From Camelus ferus (Eukaryota), in NCBI RefSeq assembly GCF_009834535.1, contig NC_045697.1, positions 106,580,001 through 106,644,000 of the forward strand: a stretch of DNA of 64,000 nucleotides, written 5' to 3'. Below, in pieces: positions 48,990 through 61,804 of this stretch; position 1 is the first letter of the stretch; each line of letters starts with the position of its first letter. The position numbers were made by a program, and so were the translations under genes. The notes beneath the pieces were generated by a model, which ran no database searches, had not been told where the DNA came from, and saw only the letters and a list, made by a program, of their open reading frames with translations.

Positions 48990-50176
48990 TTTACAACATG
49001 GTTTACTGACTATTTTAAGCCCACTGTTGAGACCTACTTCTTGGGCGGTGGGGGGACAAAGATTCTTTTCAAAATATTACTGCTCATTGAAAATGCACCT
49101 GGTCATCCAAGACCTCTGATACAAGATGTACAACAGGATGAACATTATTTTCACACCCACTAAGCCAACATCCATTCTGCAGCCCATGGATCAAGGAGTA
49201 ATTTAGACTTTTAACTCTTATTATTTAAGGAATACATTTTGTAAGGTTACAGCTGCCATACGTAGTGATTCCTGTGAAGGATCTGGGCCACGTAAAGTGA
49301 AAACCTTCCGGAAGGGATTCACATTCTAGATGCCATTAAGAATGTTTGTGATTCATGGGAAGAGGCCAAAATATCAACACTGACAGGAGTTTGGAAGAAG
49401 TTGATTCCATCCCTCATGGATGACCTTGAGGGGTTCAAGCCTTCAGTGCAGGAAGGAACCACAGATGTGGGGGAAACAGCAAAAGAACTAGAATCAGAAG
49501 TGGAGCCTGAAGATGTGACCAAATTGCTGCAGTCTCATGAGAAAACATCAAAGGATGAGGAGTTGCTTCTTATGCATGAACAAAGAAAGTGGCTTCTTGG
49601 GATGGAATCTACTCCTAGTGAAGATGCCGTGAAGACTGTTGAAATGACAACAAAGGATTTAGGAGGTTACATTAACTTTAGTTGATAAAGCCGTAGCAGG
49701 GTTTCAAAGGACTGACTCCAATTTTGGACGACGTTCTACTGAGGGTAAAGTGCTATCTAACAGCATTGCATGCTGCAGAGAATTCATTTGTGAAAGGAAG
49801 AGGCAATCGATGTGGCAAACTTCATTGCTGTCTTATTTTAAGAAATTGCCACAGCCACCCCAGCCTTCAGCAGCCACCACCCTGATCAGTCAGCAGCCAC
49901 CAACATTGAGGCAAATCCTCCACCAGCCAAAAGATTATGACTCAGTAAAGGATCTGATGGTGGTCAGCATTTTTTGTCAATAAAGTATTTTTTAATTAAT
50001 ATATGTACTTTTTTTAGACATAATGCTATTGCACACTTAAAAACTCATAGTACAGTATAAACATAACTTTTATATGCACTGGGAAACCAAAACATTACTG
50101 TGACTAGCTTTATTGTGACATTTGCTTTATTGCAGTGGCCTGGAATTGAACTTGAAATATCTCTGAGATTTGCCTA
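48990..50176 (+). mobile_element. Tigger1 (TcMar-pogo) DNA transposon, 3' half with degenerate transposase
   Basis: aaaatattactgctcattgaaaatgcacctggtcatcca, ctgcagcccatggatcaaggagtaatt; ORF 49401-49685 IPSLMDDLEGFKPSVQEGTTDVGETAKELESEVEPEDVTKLLQSH; 3' TIR-like aatatctctgagatttgcct. Confidence 0.93.
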
Positions 50177-53100
50177 TGTTACTGTAGTAATAGTAACAAA
50201 TAGTAATTAATTATAATTTACTGCAATACTGAAAGAAATATAATTTTATATTGTTACCAAACTATTAAAAATGAACATATCAGTTACATTAAGATACATT
50301 AAGATACATATTATTAGGTAATCACATGCATATACCTCTCCACCTTCAATGTTTTATATGTGTGTGTACATATATATATATTATGGATACACACACAAAC
50401 ACTAACAGGTGCACACACAGACGCACATGCATACACATCAAATCTTTTGTATGAACAATAAGTCATGATCAATATCAGTTATTTCAGATAGGACTCTGGG
50501 AAGTATCAAGGAAAAGCTATTTTTAAATAGTAAATGCACAGGCAAATGAGTATAGATTTACTAAAAGGACTAAATCTGTATAGTATCATTATTCCTGTAT
50601 ATAAGATAAACATATTGTTTTAAAACTTAAATATTTAAAGATATGTATGGGGCGGAAAACATTTGTCCTAAAATAACCAGCTAATTGGCATTATAAACCT
50701 ACTGTAGGTATAAAGGTCATTCATTTTAAACTATGAATTCCTAAAGAGACCTCTTTGTGATTAATGAATCTTGAAAGCTTGAAATGAACGTTTTCTAGAG
50801 TTAGCATATCCTGGAGTCAATTTCTATCTCTGCTGCTTAATCTTTCCTATTTCGTCGTCTGTAATCTGTTTCTTTAACTAGGTCATAACTGCTTATCAAT
50901 CATTATAAAAGCTTCATTATCTTAAGTACTCAGGACCATCATTATTTTAATCTAATATATAGAATGACAGGAACACGGTTTGTAACATTCAGTATTTAAA
51001 TCAGCAAGGAAGGTGCTACTTAGAAGAGAAAACCACTAAAATCATGACTTTAAGATAAACACAGTAATTCATTTTTAATTTTAAACAAAGCAAAAAGCCT
51101 ATATTCAAAGAGTAAATTTTATATTGGGTTTGAGAAATTTGATCCTACAGAAACAAAATGAGAGTACTACAGCACTTTTCCATGACCTTTTACTTTTGAT
51201 ATTATTAAATATCAAATAATCAAATAATTGCTGAAAATCACAGGTTTTGTCTCTGAATGTGTACCCATCCCTTATCTGGAAAGCAGGGATATTACTACCT
51301 GCCTACATTTTCTTCTTAGGGAGATTTAAGGGGAAAAAAAGTCAAATTTCTAAGAAAAAGATGGCTTTATAATTTTAATGTTTTTATTCTTTTTATTTTA
51401 ACAATTATTGCAGCTGAACTAGTAAATGACAAAATAACTGAATATAAGTTTGAATACATGGAATGTACATCCGAAGTGGGAGCCTCTGACTAGAGACTTT
51501 ATGGAAGTGAAATGGATCAACAGAACTACTGGGAGAACTATTAAACTAATTTTCTCATAGGAAAAATGTATTTGTGTGGTATATACATTTAAAGCATGCA
51601 TATTTCAATTTTTCTTCCACTCATCTGATTTTTCATAAAAAAATTAAACTTAAAATTTTTGAAAGACTTAACCAATTTTCTGAACCTGAGAGGGTAGTTT
51701 TAATCATTCCCTCATATATATTTGCAAGAAGTCATTATATTTGTAAAATGCTAGAAAATCATGGCTGAAAAAGACAGTGAAACTCTCAAGGTCTGGGTAT
51801 AGGTTATAAAGTAGGGGGAGAAAGTCTCTTTCTGAACGTCTTGGCTTTATAACCTTTCCCACTAAAGTTTGACAGAAAACCCTAGAATTTAGAATCACTT
51901 AATATTATAAAATTTAAAAATAATGCTAAATTTCAAAAAATTCAAGTTCATGGTCACCAGGCCCTTTCACTGAAAACAGTTGCTTCATCACTTTTGCTTC
52001 TGGGAGAAATGCTTGGCACGTAGTGAACAGAAATTAAAACATGAGACAGCAGAAAGTCTCAGCACAGTGCGGTCTAAAAGGTTTGTAAGCACCCTTTGTA
52101 TAATAAATAATGGAGTAGCTGGAAAACTGCCTTTAAAGGAGAAGCTTCTGGCCAAAATTGAAGACTCGCCAATGCATTTGAGAAGGGAAGTAGTGTAAAG
52201 TAAAACCAAGAGATGTTCAAGGCAAGTTTCTTAGGTAAAGCTCCACAAGGAAGTGTGGAATAAATAAATCTCACTGAAACAAATTATGCCAAATAAAAAT
52301 GTACACTGTATTTCTTAATCAAGGTGGAGGTGGAGGAGTGGAGGGGGGAGGGAGTTACCACTTGGCTAAAGGCAGTCCTAAAATTTTAAGATGAAATTGC
52401 TGGTCTGTGAGAGCTAAAGAGAAGTGTAGAGAACAAAGAACAATTACCTTTCTTTCAAGCCTGGTTTGAATTTTTCTGCCACAAGTGGGTTTTAGAAGGT
52501 CCTTCTTGGATATCATCAGGAAATTTTTCACACGCTCTCAATGTTTTGTGATTGACAATTATGATATATCAAGAGCAGAAACAAGTCCTTTCTAATCATG
52601 CAAAAAATGGTAGATTTTGGATTGAAATTCTTGGATTCTCTGTAGAGTAGGGATGAAGCCATTTTTAAAGCACTCTGCACAAACATTTTTGCTCAGACAA
52701 GTGTTATGCTAAGAGGGGTTAGCAAAGGGTATACAGAAGTCACAACCAACAGGGAGCAGAGGTCAAGGTGGGCTTCCAGGCGGTTAAGAAGCAGGGCCAG
52801 GCCCTCCTAAAAAGCCCTTAGAAGCATGACCTAGAGGACATAGATAGCAACCACCAAGGAGAATTAGACCATCTCTGGAAGGATGAATGATTAGCAAATC
52901 AGAAAGTGTTTCCTGGTTAGAAAAAAAATGGGGGCATCTCAACAAAGGAAATGCCAGCTGAAGTATCTTACTCTGCAAATTCTGCAATCCCTTGGAAGGG
53001 GACAACTTCCTTTGGTTCTATAAATTTTAAATCATGAAATAACCCAAATTAATTTATAGTTGCCTACCTAGAACTCCCAAATTTTGCTTGCATTAGAATT

Positions 53101-54261
53101 GCAATGCTGAAACTAATTTTTTCCACCCCAATAAATCTTCAAATTTTGGCCAACTAGGTCTTGAGATATACCATATTCAGCTAAGCAAATATCTTATGAA
53201 AACTGATTGCATCTTAATTCTTAGATGAAGGTCAGGGATAAAGTTCTTCAAACAAATTAATGTGAAGAGCAGGAGCAAAACAATTCTTAAAATTAGGTAA
53301 TAGCTTTGGAAATACTTTCTCTTCTCCTCCCCTCCCCTCTAAAGCCCCTCTCTAAAAAGCAGTAATCTTTGCTTAATTTAGGGATATAAAGTTAGGAAAT
53401 AGTGTTAAAATACTAGTATATTATAGCCTTGGATTAACTATTTAAGAAGGGTGAAAAACTTTTTTCATGAATCTTTGAGAACTTTTTTTGGTCAATTTCT
53501 AACATAAGTGATATCCCTCAGTGAACATGTACTTTCAAAAGAAAACAAATCATACCAAAGTAATATTTTCCCAAATGTTATTTGATACATTTTTTTTAGC
53601 AAATTGAAAATTCTGAGTAAAGTGAAGGTATGTTTAATAACAAAATTAATAGAGCTTATATGTCCACCTTACAGGTAGGTGTCTTGGTTTAAAGGCAGCA
53701 GTTAATTTGCATTCTGCAATCAGTCTGTAAATCCAATTATTTTTACGGGAATGTTATAGTGATAGCATTGCATAAAGCCGAGTCCCCTGTGCTAGAAATG
53801 TCTTTTTTTGGCATCTGGCTATGCAAAAGTTTCTGAGATACTTTCTTCAAATTAGTATAATGTAATTTTTCAGTTTTCCAGAAAAATATGAAGCTTTACC
53901 AAACACTTATTCTTACTGAACAAAAGCTAGATTACTACCAACTGTTTCTTTAATTTTGGTCTAAAAGAATTGTTTAAAGTTTAGAGATCGCTGATGTTTT
54001 TTAATTGCACACTTGTGGAAGACAGACAAGTAAAGAACACTAGACAATTTCAAAAGACAAATCTGAGTATCAGATATCATTATCCTTAGTATATTTAATA
54101 TTCAGAATAAAGTCCATAGACGTGAAACTAACAAAATTTTCAAAGAATTCATACATGGTAGAGTCTTAGGACAAGGAACTTCTAAATGAAAGGAGGAAGA
54201 GATTCAAGCTTTAGGCCATATGTGTATATGTGTATATGTCCTAAAGCTTGAATGCTTGAAC

Positions 54262-54760
54262 TTCATCCTACCAGCCCACAAGATGACCCCATTGAGCCCT
54301 GACTCCTGGTACTCATATCCTTGTGTAGTCTCCTCCCACATTAAACAGGGCCAACCTGTAAAACCTATAGGCTATTAAAGGAATGACAGTGTATGACTTC
54401 CAAGGCTACATCATAAAAGACATTTGATTTCCACTATGTTCTCTCTTGGATGCTTGCTCTGGAGGAAGTCAGCGGACATGCAGTGACAACACTCAAACAA
54501 CCCTACAGAGGGGTGCTCCTAGCAAGGAACTGAGGCCTCCTACCAAACCCGTGAGTGACCACCTCCAAAGCAGCTCTTCCAGCACCAGCCAACCTTCAGG
54601 TGACTGCAGCCCCAGTCAACATCTTGATTACAATCTCATGAGACTTCAAAGGAAGCTGTTCTTAGATCCCTGACCCACAGAAACTGCTGAGATAATACGT
54701 GTTTATTGACGTCAATCACTAGGTGTGGGATAATTTGTTACTATGGCGATAGATTACAAA
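54262..54760 (+). mobile_element. MaLR solo LTR (MLT1F/G-like)
   Basis: ctcctggtactcatatccttgtgtagtctcctcccaca...ggaactgaggcctcct...ccttcaggtgactgcagcccc...cctgacccacagaaactg...gggataatttgttac. Confidence 0.8.
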
Positions 54761-54894
54761 GTGGTTTTTTCCCAAAAAAACAGTAATAGCAAAACAAATG
54801 AACAGACCCATTTTAAGTTATTTACAAAGTTGAAAGGCTCTGCAGTTGCTAGTTCATAATGAGGCCTTATTTCAAGGAATTTGCCATTTAGTTC

Positions 54895-55062
54895 CTTGTT
54901 TCTCAAAGTGTTGTACCAAGACCAGAAATGCTGGTATTCCCTGGGAGCATAATTATTAGAAAGGTAGAATCTCAGATTCTACCCCAGACCTACTGAATCA
55001 GAACCTACATTTTAGAGATTTCCCCAATGCAAGTATGTACACCACAGTTTGAGAAGCAGCAC
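54895..55062. mobile_element. MER5-like hAT MITE
   Basis: tttctcaaagtg...agaatctcag...ccccagacctactgaatcagaacct...cagtttgagaagcagcactg. Confidence 0.75.
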
Positions 55063-56129
55063 TGACTCATTTGAATCTTAACGTTACAGTGTAGAGTTGG
55101 AAACCCTGGCTGTACCTTGGAAGCACTTTCAAAAAATACTGCTGGAGAAGTCCATCCCAGAAATTCTAATTGGGCTGGGTTGAGGTCTGTCATGGCCACG
55201 GACCTAATTATATTGCAGAATTTTCCCTCTGGAAAACTGTATTGAAACCTCAGGTCAGCCCTGATTTCCCTGCATGCTCTAGTCCTGGTCCTAGAAGTCC
55301 AGTATGTCCAGTTGTGTCCCTGAGTGCACTGAGCCGGAGTCTTCTGGGGCATTCATTGCATGGGCAGCTTCACAGCTGAAGAACTACTGCATGTATTTCT
55401 GCCTTCTTATTGGTGCTCTTCCAGGACTCAGTTCATTCCAAGAAAAGTATCCATGTTCTTACCTTACAGATCGGTTTGAATTTGCTCTCTAGAGCCACTC
55501 AGAGAACCAGGTGCTGAATAACCAAACGCTTCAGGGTAACTTGTCCATCTGTCAGATGAGGACCAAACTTCTTTCACTTACATCTTTTCCGGACGGCAAA
55601 ATGGAAGTGACTATTTCTCATAAGCCTTTGGAAAATAGGTTTTTATTGTTGACCAGATATTACTAAATTAAGACTTCCAGTACAATGGGTGCTTACAAAT
55701 GTCAAACCCATTACTTAATAAGCAGCTCAAATTGACAACAATAAGTATCACTTGAAGTTTAGTAAAGCGCTTGGGGGTGCAGGGGTTATCTGTTTCCTTT
55801 ACTAATGCATCCCCAGTGACAGACAATGCCTGGCACATTGCATGCTTTAATAAACGTTTGTTGATTAAACAAATTCCTCAAAAAACAATAATTTCTGATC
55901 ATTCATTCATTCAAAGTTACTGGATGTACTGTATTAGCGAATCTGCAACAGAAATTGTTTGATCAAAGGATTTTTAAACAAAGCTCCAGATTTTCTTTTA
56001 AAAATAAATCGTGTGTCCGAATTCAATGCCAGGTTTCGGATTCCTGCCCTAGCTTGGCCTCGGCTCCTCATATGGAGGCTGGCTAAGGGATGTGATCCCT
56101 GCCCTTGAATCTCCTTCCTTTGTGGTTTT

Positions 56130-57720
56130 TTTGGCCTGCGCGGCTCCGTTTCCCAGGCGGAGGAGCGCGCGCCGCGGCTGCGCCCATCAGCGCGCGGCGC
56201 GAGTCTGTGGCTGTCAGGCGGACGGGGCCGCCTAGGACCCAGGAGGAGCCGCTCCTCTCGCGCCGCAGAAGCCTCCCCGCGGACCAGTCCGGCCCCCTCC
56301 CGGTCGCCCACCTCCCTCCCTCCGGGGCTTGGCATCCCCTGGCGGGCAGGAAGCCCGCTCCAGCCCTGGCGGCGCAGTCGGCCCCGGGCGCGGAAGCTCG
56401 CGGGTGGGCTGGGCCGGCCGGCAGCGGCGGAGGCGGGCTGCGTTATTTCCCGTTAGGGCCGGACTCTGTGGGAGGGTCGGGCCCGGCACACGGTGCTTCC
56501 AGCCCCAGCGGGCGCGTGTCACCCCTCGGGCAGGGCCTGGGGCGAGCGAGGCGGCGGCGCGGCTTCTCGGGCCTCGGGCCGGGCGCGTGGGCGGGCCGGG
56601 GCTGGGCCGACGCCCCCACGGGCCCGCGGCGCTTCTCCCACGCTCGCGGCTCGGCCCCGCCCCCTCCTCTGCCTTCTCACCCCGCCTCCCCACCGGCTCT
56701 CCCGGGAGCGGCGGGCTGACGCGAGCCGCGGCGGGCGCTCGAGCTTTGTGTGCGCCTGCGGGCCCGGGGCGAGCCTCGGGCGGCCCAACTTGGCGGCAGC
56801 CGGCCGGCTCCCGAGCAGGAGTTGTGAGGCGCGGCCGGGTGGAGGAGGCGCCTCTGGGGGCGTGGGGCTCCCCGGCGGGCGGGAGGCACCGAGAGAGCCG
56901 CGCCGGACAATGAGCTGGGCAGCTTGACGCTGCGGCCACTTTTAGGGGGCGCGGGCCGGCCGGCGCCTCCGCGGCTCCACCTGCGAGGAGAGGGCGGGAT
57001 GCCAGAGCCAGGTGTCCCGGCGCTTTAAGGCCCCTCGCTGTGAGGCGTCTCCGAACCGGTTCTCGCCTGGGCTCTCGACACTCGGTTACCTTGAGGCTCT
57101 GACTGGGACGTGTTTGGCGGGGCGCCCTCGGAGCCGCCGTGATGGCCAGCACTAGGAGTATTGAGCTGGAGCACTTTGAGGAACGGGACAAAAGGCCGCG
57201 GCCGGGGTCGCGGAGAGGGGCGCCCAGCTCCTCCGGGGGCAGCAGCAGCTCGGGCCCCAAGGGGAACGGGCTCATCCCCAGCCCGGCGCACAGTGCCCAC
57301 TGCAGCTTCTACCGCACTCGGACCCTGCAGGCCCTGAGCTCGGAAAAGAAGGCCAAGAAGGCGCGCTTCTACCGGAATGGGGACCGCTACTTCAAAGGCC
57401 TGGTGTTTGCCATCTCCAGCGACCGCTTCCGGTCCTTCGATGCGCTGCTCATGGAGCTCACCCGCTCCCTGTCGGACAACGTGAACCTGCCCCAGGGCGT
57501 CCGCACCATCTACACCATCGACGGCAGCCGGAAGGTCACCAGCCTGGACGAGCTACTGGAAGGTAGGAGGGGAGGGCCCGGCGCGGCAGGTGCGGCCCAG
57601 CGCGCCGGCAGGTGCACCCGCCCGCCCCTGCGCTGGGGGAGCCTGTGGGGTGTTTTCTAGGCAGCCTCGGGAATTGTCTGGGTCTATCTGCTTTCCCGCA
57701 GGTTCCGGGTGTGGGAACTC
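56130..57720 (+). promoter_or_regulatory. DCLK2: CpG island: DCLK2 promoter, 5' UTR and exon 1
   Basis: Abrupt rise in GC and CpG density; multiple GC boxes (e.g. ggccccgcccc ~56653-56663); encloses the start codon. The TSS cannot be placed from sequence alone. Confidence 0.92.
57142..57562 (+). CDS. DCLK2: Doublecortin-like kinase 2, first coding exon (N-terminus and most of DCX domain 1); gene continues beyond the window
   Basis: Translates [86 protein letters not shown]...SLDELLE, the DCLK2 N-terminus; strong Kozak gccgtgATGG; 421 nt ending at phase-1 donor GAAG|GTAGGA. Confidence 0.97.
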
Positions 57721-58084
57721 GCTTCCATATATCCTCTGACTTGTCCTTCCCAAGAGATTTGCCTTTGAAAAAGAAAGAAAGAAATCCTAGCGGGCTTGGG
57801 TGACATCTCAAGATTGGCGAACTTGTTTTGGGGTTTTTGTTTGTTTTTTCGAAGTGCAAACTCTTTGTAAGAGGAGCTCTCCCGTGAGGATGTAGGTGAC
57901 CCTCCAGCTAATAAGCTGTCTGTTCAGCCCTATTTGTGGACCTCGGTGCAGGCACCTGTGGTGTTTCAGCGTTCTGGACCCAGTGGTACCTGCTCTACTC
58001 AGAAGTTGTGGCTGTGAAACACTAGGTTGGCTTTCCTGGCTTGACTTGTAGCAGAAGTTACATGAGGTGAGGACGGGTGATCCT

Positions 58085-58262
58085 AGACAGAGGTTCTCAG
58101 CCTTGGTTGTGTTTTGGATCACTGAGGACTTTAAGAAATTTGGATGTCTGGGCCTCAACGACAGGTATTTGGTGGTAATTGGTTTCGGGTGTGGTCTGGG
58201 CATATAATTTTAAAAGCTCCCCAGGTGATTTGAATGTACAGCCAAGGTTGAGAACCGCTGTG
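58085..58262. mobile_element. MER5A-like hAT MITE
   Basis: cagaggttctcagccttggttg...ttttaaaagctccccaggtgatttgaatgtacagccaaggttgagaaccgctg with inverted termini. Confidence 0.85.
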
Positions 58263-60731
58263 CTAAAGGGTTTTCCACGTTTGGTTGGTAATTAGGTGAA
58301 TCAAGGTCTCGTGCCTCACCTACTGAAAGTAGCTAGTTAAGGTGATAGAGATTATTGGAATCAGCAGTTGGGGCCTATTATAAATTAAGCATAGAGTGTC
58401 AACCATGCTTCGCTTAAAGGGAATGCTTGACTGTATGTTGTGTCATCCTTGAATTCCTGCAATATTTATTCTTCAGGGAAAGAAGGCATTACCAGTAGTT
58501 TAGAACCTACATGAAGCTGTAAACATGTAAAGATCAGATGGAACCCAAGTATGTGCTGACCACGTGTTTACACGCAGTCTACTGTCATGCATCTTTCTTA
58601 AAGCAAATGGCACATTCCAGGTAGTCATAGCAATACTGGCTTGGCAGGGAGAGGAAACTGAACTTAGATCTAGCTATTTTTTCTTATATTAGCTCATCAT
58701 GTTCTTCTGTTCTGCAGGCATTATGTCCATTTTACACATGTAGGAAACTTAAGCAATGTGCCTTGTCACACAGGACCTGCAGTATACGCCCTTTCAACTC
58801 CACTTTTAATGAATAGGTGTAGCCACACTGCAGAGTCTTGAAAGTGATTTCTGTTTAGTCACAGTTGTCAAGAGTTTTCCCTTCCCTGGCTAGATGAAGA
58901 CCCAGCTGAAACTAACTTGTCTTTTCTGCGTGTGTTTGTGACTTCACAAATTCTCTTACTCTCTTGACTGTTTTGGTTTTAAGCCCTTCCTGAGGAGATG
59001 ATGACTACCGGAGGAGTATAAATAAAATGAAGGTACATGGTTCAAAGGGTGCTTTATCATGTTACATACTTAAAAGCAACATTTGCCTAGATACTTTAAA
59101 AATGAGTAACAAAGTTTCTGATTGACCCAAGGCTAGATTAGTAGCCCTATGGAAGGATCCAGGCAATGCCTTTTGCTTAAACACTCACATACCCTTGGAA
59201 TACTGTGCCTGGTGTGGTCTGAGGAGGGACCACAGTTTTATCCTTCTCTGAAGTAGTTTTAACAGTGTATTTGCTACATGAAATGATTGTACTCCAAAAA
59301 TGAATATCATCATAGGGGAGATGGTCTAGGTGTTCATTATGCTTATTAATTGAAGGCATATATTGTACATTCAGTTGGACATTGTTCAAGTGGTGCCTGG
59401 TTTACCAAGTCTCATTCTCAAACTGTAGTCTCAATGATGAATTGAAGGGGGACAGATATCCCTCCGTTCATTCATTCACTGATTTTTGGAGGAGGGGGAA
59501 CCATAAGCATATGTAGAGCTCCAGGTACAGTCTATGAAAAATACTAATAGAACACAAATATTTGCACCACAGAAATGTTTCCCTAGTATAGCCAATTGCC
59601 CCCTTATTTCAAGAAGTATTAAATATCATCAAATTACTGCAAAAGAAGGAAATTGGTGCACTTTTGTCATAGTGGCATTCTCTCTGACAATAGATCTTTG
59701 TCTAAGTCTTGAATTTCCCACAAAATGAGTAGAATACCCTGTTTCAAGGCAGTTTTAAGAAAAGACAGAACCATCAATGCAGTATCAACCATTCAAGAAT
59801 TCAAATACTTTCCAGTTTTAATTAAAATTGTGTGCTCAGTTGTTCAGATTTGTCATGCAGAAAAACTACCCAGCTACCTGTGAAGTTATTATTTGCATCA
59901 GTAGGCCTGTGGTATTGTCTGTGTTGTCAGAATTGACCATTTCATCTTAGTTCATCATTTTAAATAAAGATTCTCTGATAATTTTTACACCATTATGTTC
60001 AATTGTTCTCTCCTTTGCCTTTTCCATCCCATTAAATTTGTAGTTTAGGAGTTTTTTTTTTTAATGTTTTTTAAAAATGATTTCAGTGAATAGAAAGTGA
60101 AAACTCAAGGTAGCTAGGCACAGGTGCTTATTCAGAGCCTCAATCCCAGGGAACTCAGGTGACAAGAAATTTGCATGGCTCAGATTTTTTCTTCTGCCCT
60201 TGACTTTGAGAGTCTTTGAAGACTAAGATAGTGTTCAGATATAGGCTGGCACTCCTGCACTACACTAAACCAGCAGATGTCTTCAGCCTGTTGGTTTATC
60301 TCCCCTAACTGCACTAATTTCAATGAGTTGCTTCTGTGCATCCCTGTAATCCGGTTTAATCCTTTAGAACTGGGTGGGGACCTTCTCTCAAAGGAGGACT
60401 GTGAGTCTTAACAATCAATACTGGGAAAATCAGGTTGAGCTGTCTGAAGCCATGCACCAGCCAAATGTAGCATCTCTTGCAGACAACTGAGGATGTCCAG
60501 ATAACATGTTCCTAAGTTCTCACGTTCAGGGCTAAGAGTCAGAACTCTTAGTTTTGTTCCATGAGTGTTCTCTTCTTTGGAACATTTAAGCTACAGTTGT
60601 GAAATGTCGATGTCCCAAAGGGAGATGTCCAAGGACAGTAGAAACAGTGCCTGGTCAAGTCAGCATCCCTAGGTTCTACTGACTGTGGATTGGAGAAAAG
60701 TTCACCTTGGATCTCAGCCTCAGTGTCTTGT

Positions 60732-60769
60732 CTGTCACCTAAGTTAGATCCTGTCACCTAAGTTAGATC
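60732..60769. repeat. Perfect 19-bp tandem duplication
   Basis: ctgtcacctaagttagatc x2. Confidence 0.97.
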
Positions 60770-61739
60770 CCTTCTGGTCTGAAAGTATACCCCTTCCTCT
60801 GCCTAAGTGGTTGTTTATTGAGAGTGTGATGGCTTTTTCCTACCCAGAAGCTGTCTTCTGGAAAATTGACAAGGCTGCAAATGTCCTGCATAGCAAGGGG
60901 TGGGTATGTGGCTCTGCTGAAGTGTTTGCCAGGAGCCAAAAAAAAAAAAAAAAAAAAATAGTAATAATAGCTATCTGTCTCTGCCTCTTTTATTCCAAGG
61001 TAATAGGTCATGGTCATGTTATGTTGTTTATACCCTTTAACCCTCAGTCAACAATAAATAAGCTGATCAGATTTTTTGGCATGGGAGAGAATTTCGATTA
61101 ATTTGATAGGTTGTAATTCCATTCTTCCATTAAGTTAACTTGAAAATTAGCTTGAGTTAACTTGAATTTAAGAAAAATCAAGTTCTAAAAGAAAAAAAAC
61201 CAAGAATTTGAAGTTTGTGAGGTTCTCCTACTCAGCCTAGTTTATTGAGTCCCCTTGGTTAGGTCAGTCTCTTTGAGATGTTAAACTAAACCAAATTACA
61301 GTGACAGTTAACTTTTAAGTAAAAATGAGTCTCCATAAGAACTCAGATTATAGGGTTTTTTTCTCTCCTGAAAGATAGATCTTTATGGTAATAATAGAGA
61401 CTGAGCTCTTGGAACTTGTAGTGAGGAAAGCAATGTGTAAATCCGTGAGATGTATACGATACTTGCACATAGTAGTGAACAGCAGTGCACATTTATGTAA
61501 GGCAGGTGTGATGATTGGACATGGTAATTTAACATTGAATCCTAGGTCTGCAAAACCTTCTCTACCCCGCTGACTGTTAGATTCTTCAAGACCCTCTTCA
61601 AGTATCACCTTTGTTTGGAGTCTCTTACCAGACCTCGGGGGTATTAGTCTCAAAGAGTTGTTGATTGACAGCGTATTTTTTGTTGTTCCAGGTACTGGGG
61701 GTACAGTTTTTCTTCCCTCAAGATTCTTACATGAGAGAG

Positions 61740-61740
<1 letters not shown>

Positions 61741-61802
<62 letters not shown>
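61741..61802. repeat. Long (AC)n microsatellite
   Basis: Direct observation, ~31 units. Confidence 0.98.

Positions 61803-61804
<2 letters not shown>

Noticed and set aside
49401..49983. Domesticated TIGD-like gene
   Set aside because: Frame-disrupted, 5'-truncated ordinary Tigger1 copy.
56934..56952. CTCF-like motif (ccacttttagggggcgc); also tgccccctac near 20891
   Set aside because: Only the AGGGGGCGC half fits; cannot be supported without a PWM scan or ChIP data.
56105..57275. Long overlapping ORFs in the CpG island (347 aa minus, 204 and 194 aa plus)
   Set aside because: Pro/Arg/Gly/Ala-rich with no recognisable domain; expected from stop-codon scarcity in very GC-rich DNA.
57139..57660. 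173-aa ORF as a complete single-exon protein
   Set aside because: It starts at a GTG just before the true ATG (57142) and reads through the splice donor at 57563; residues after LLEG are translated intron.
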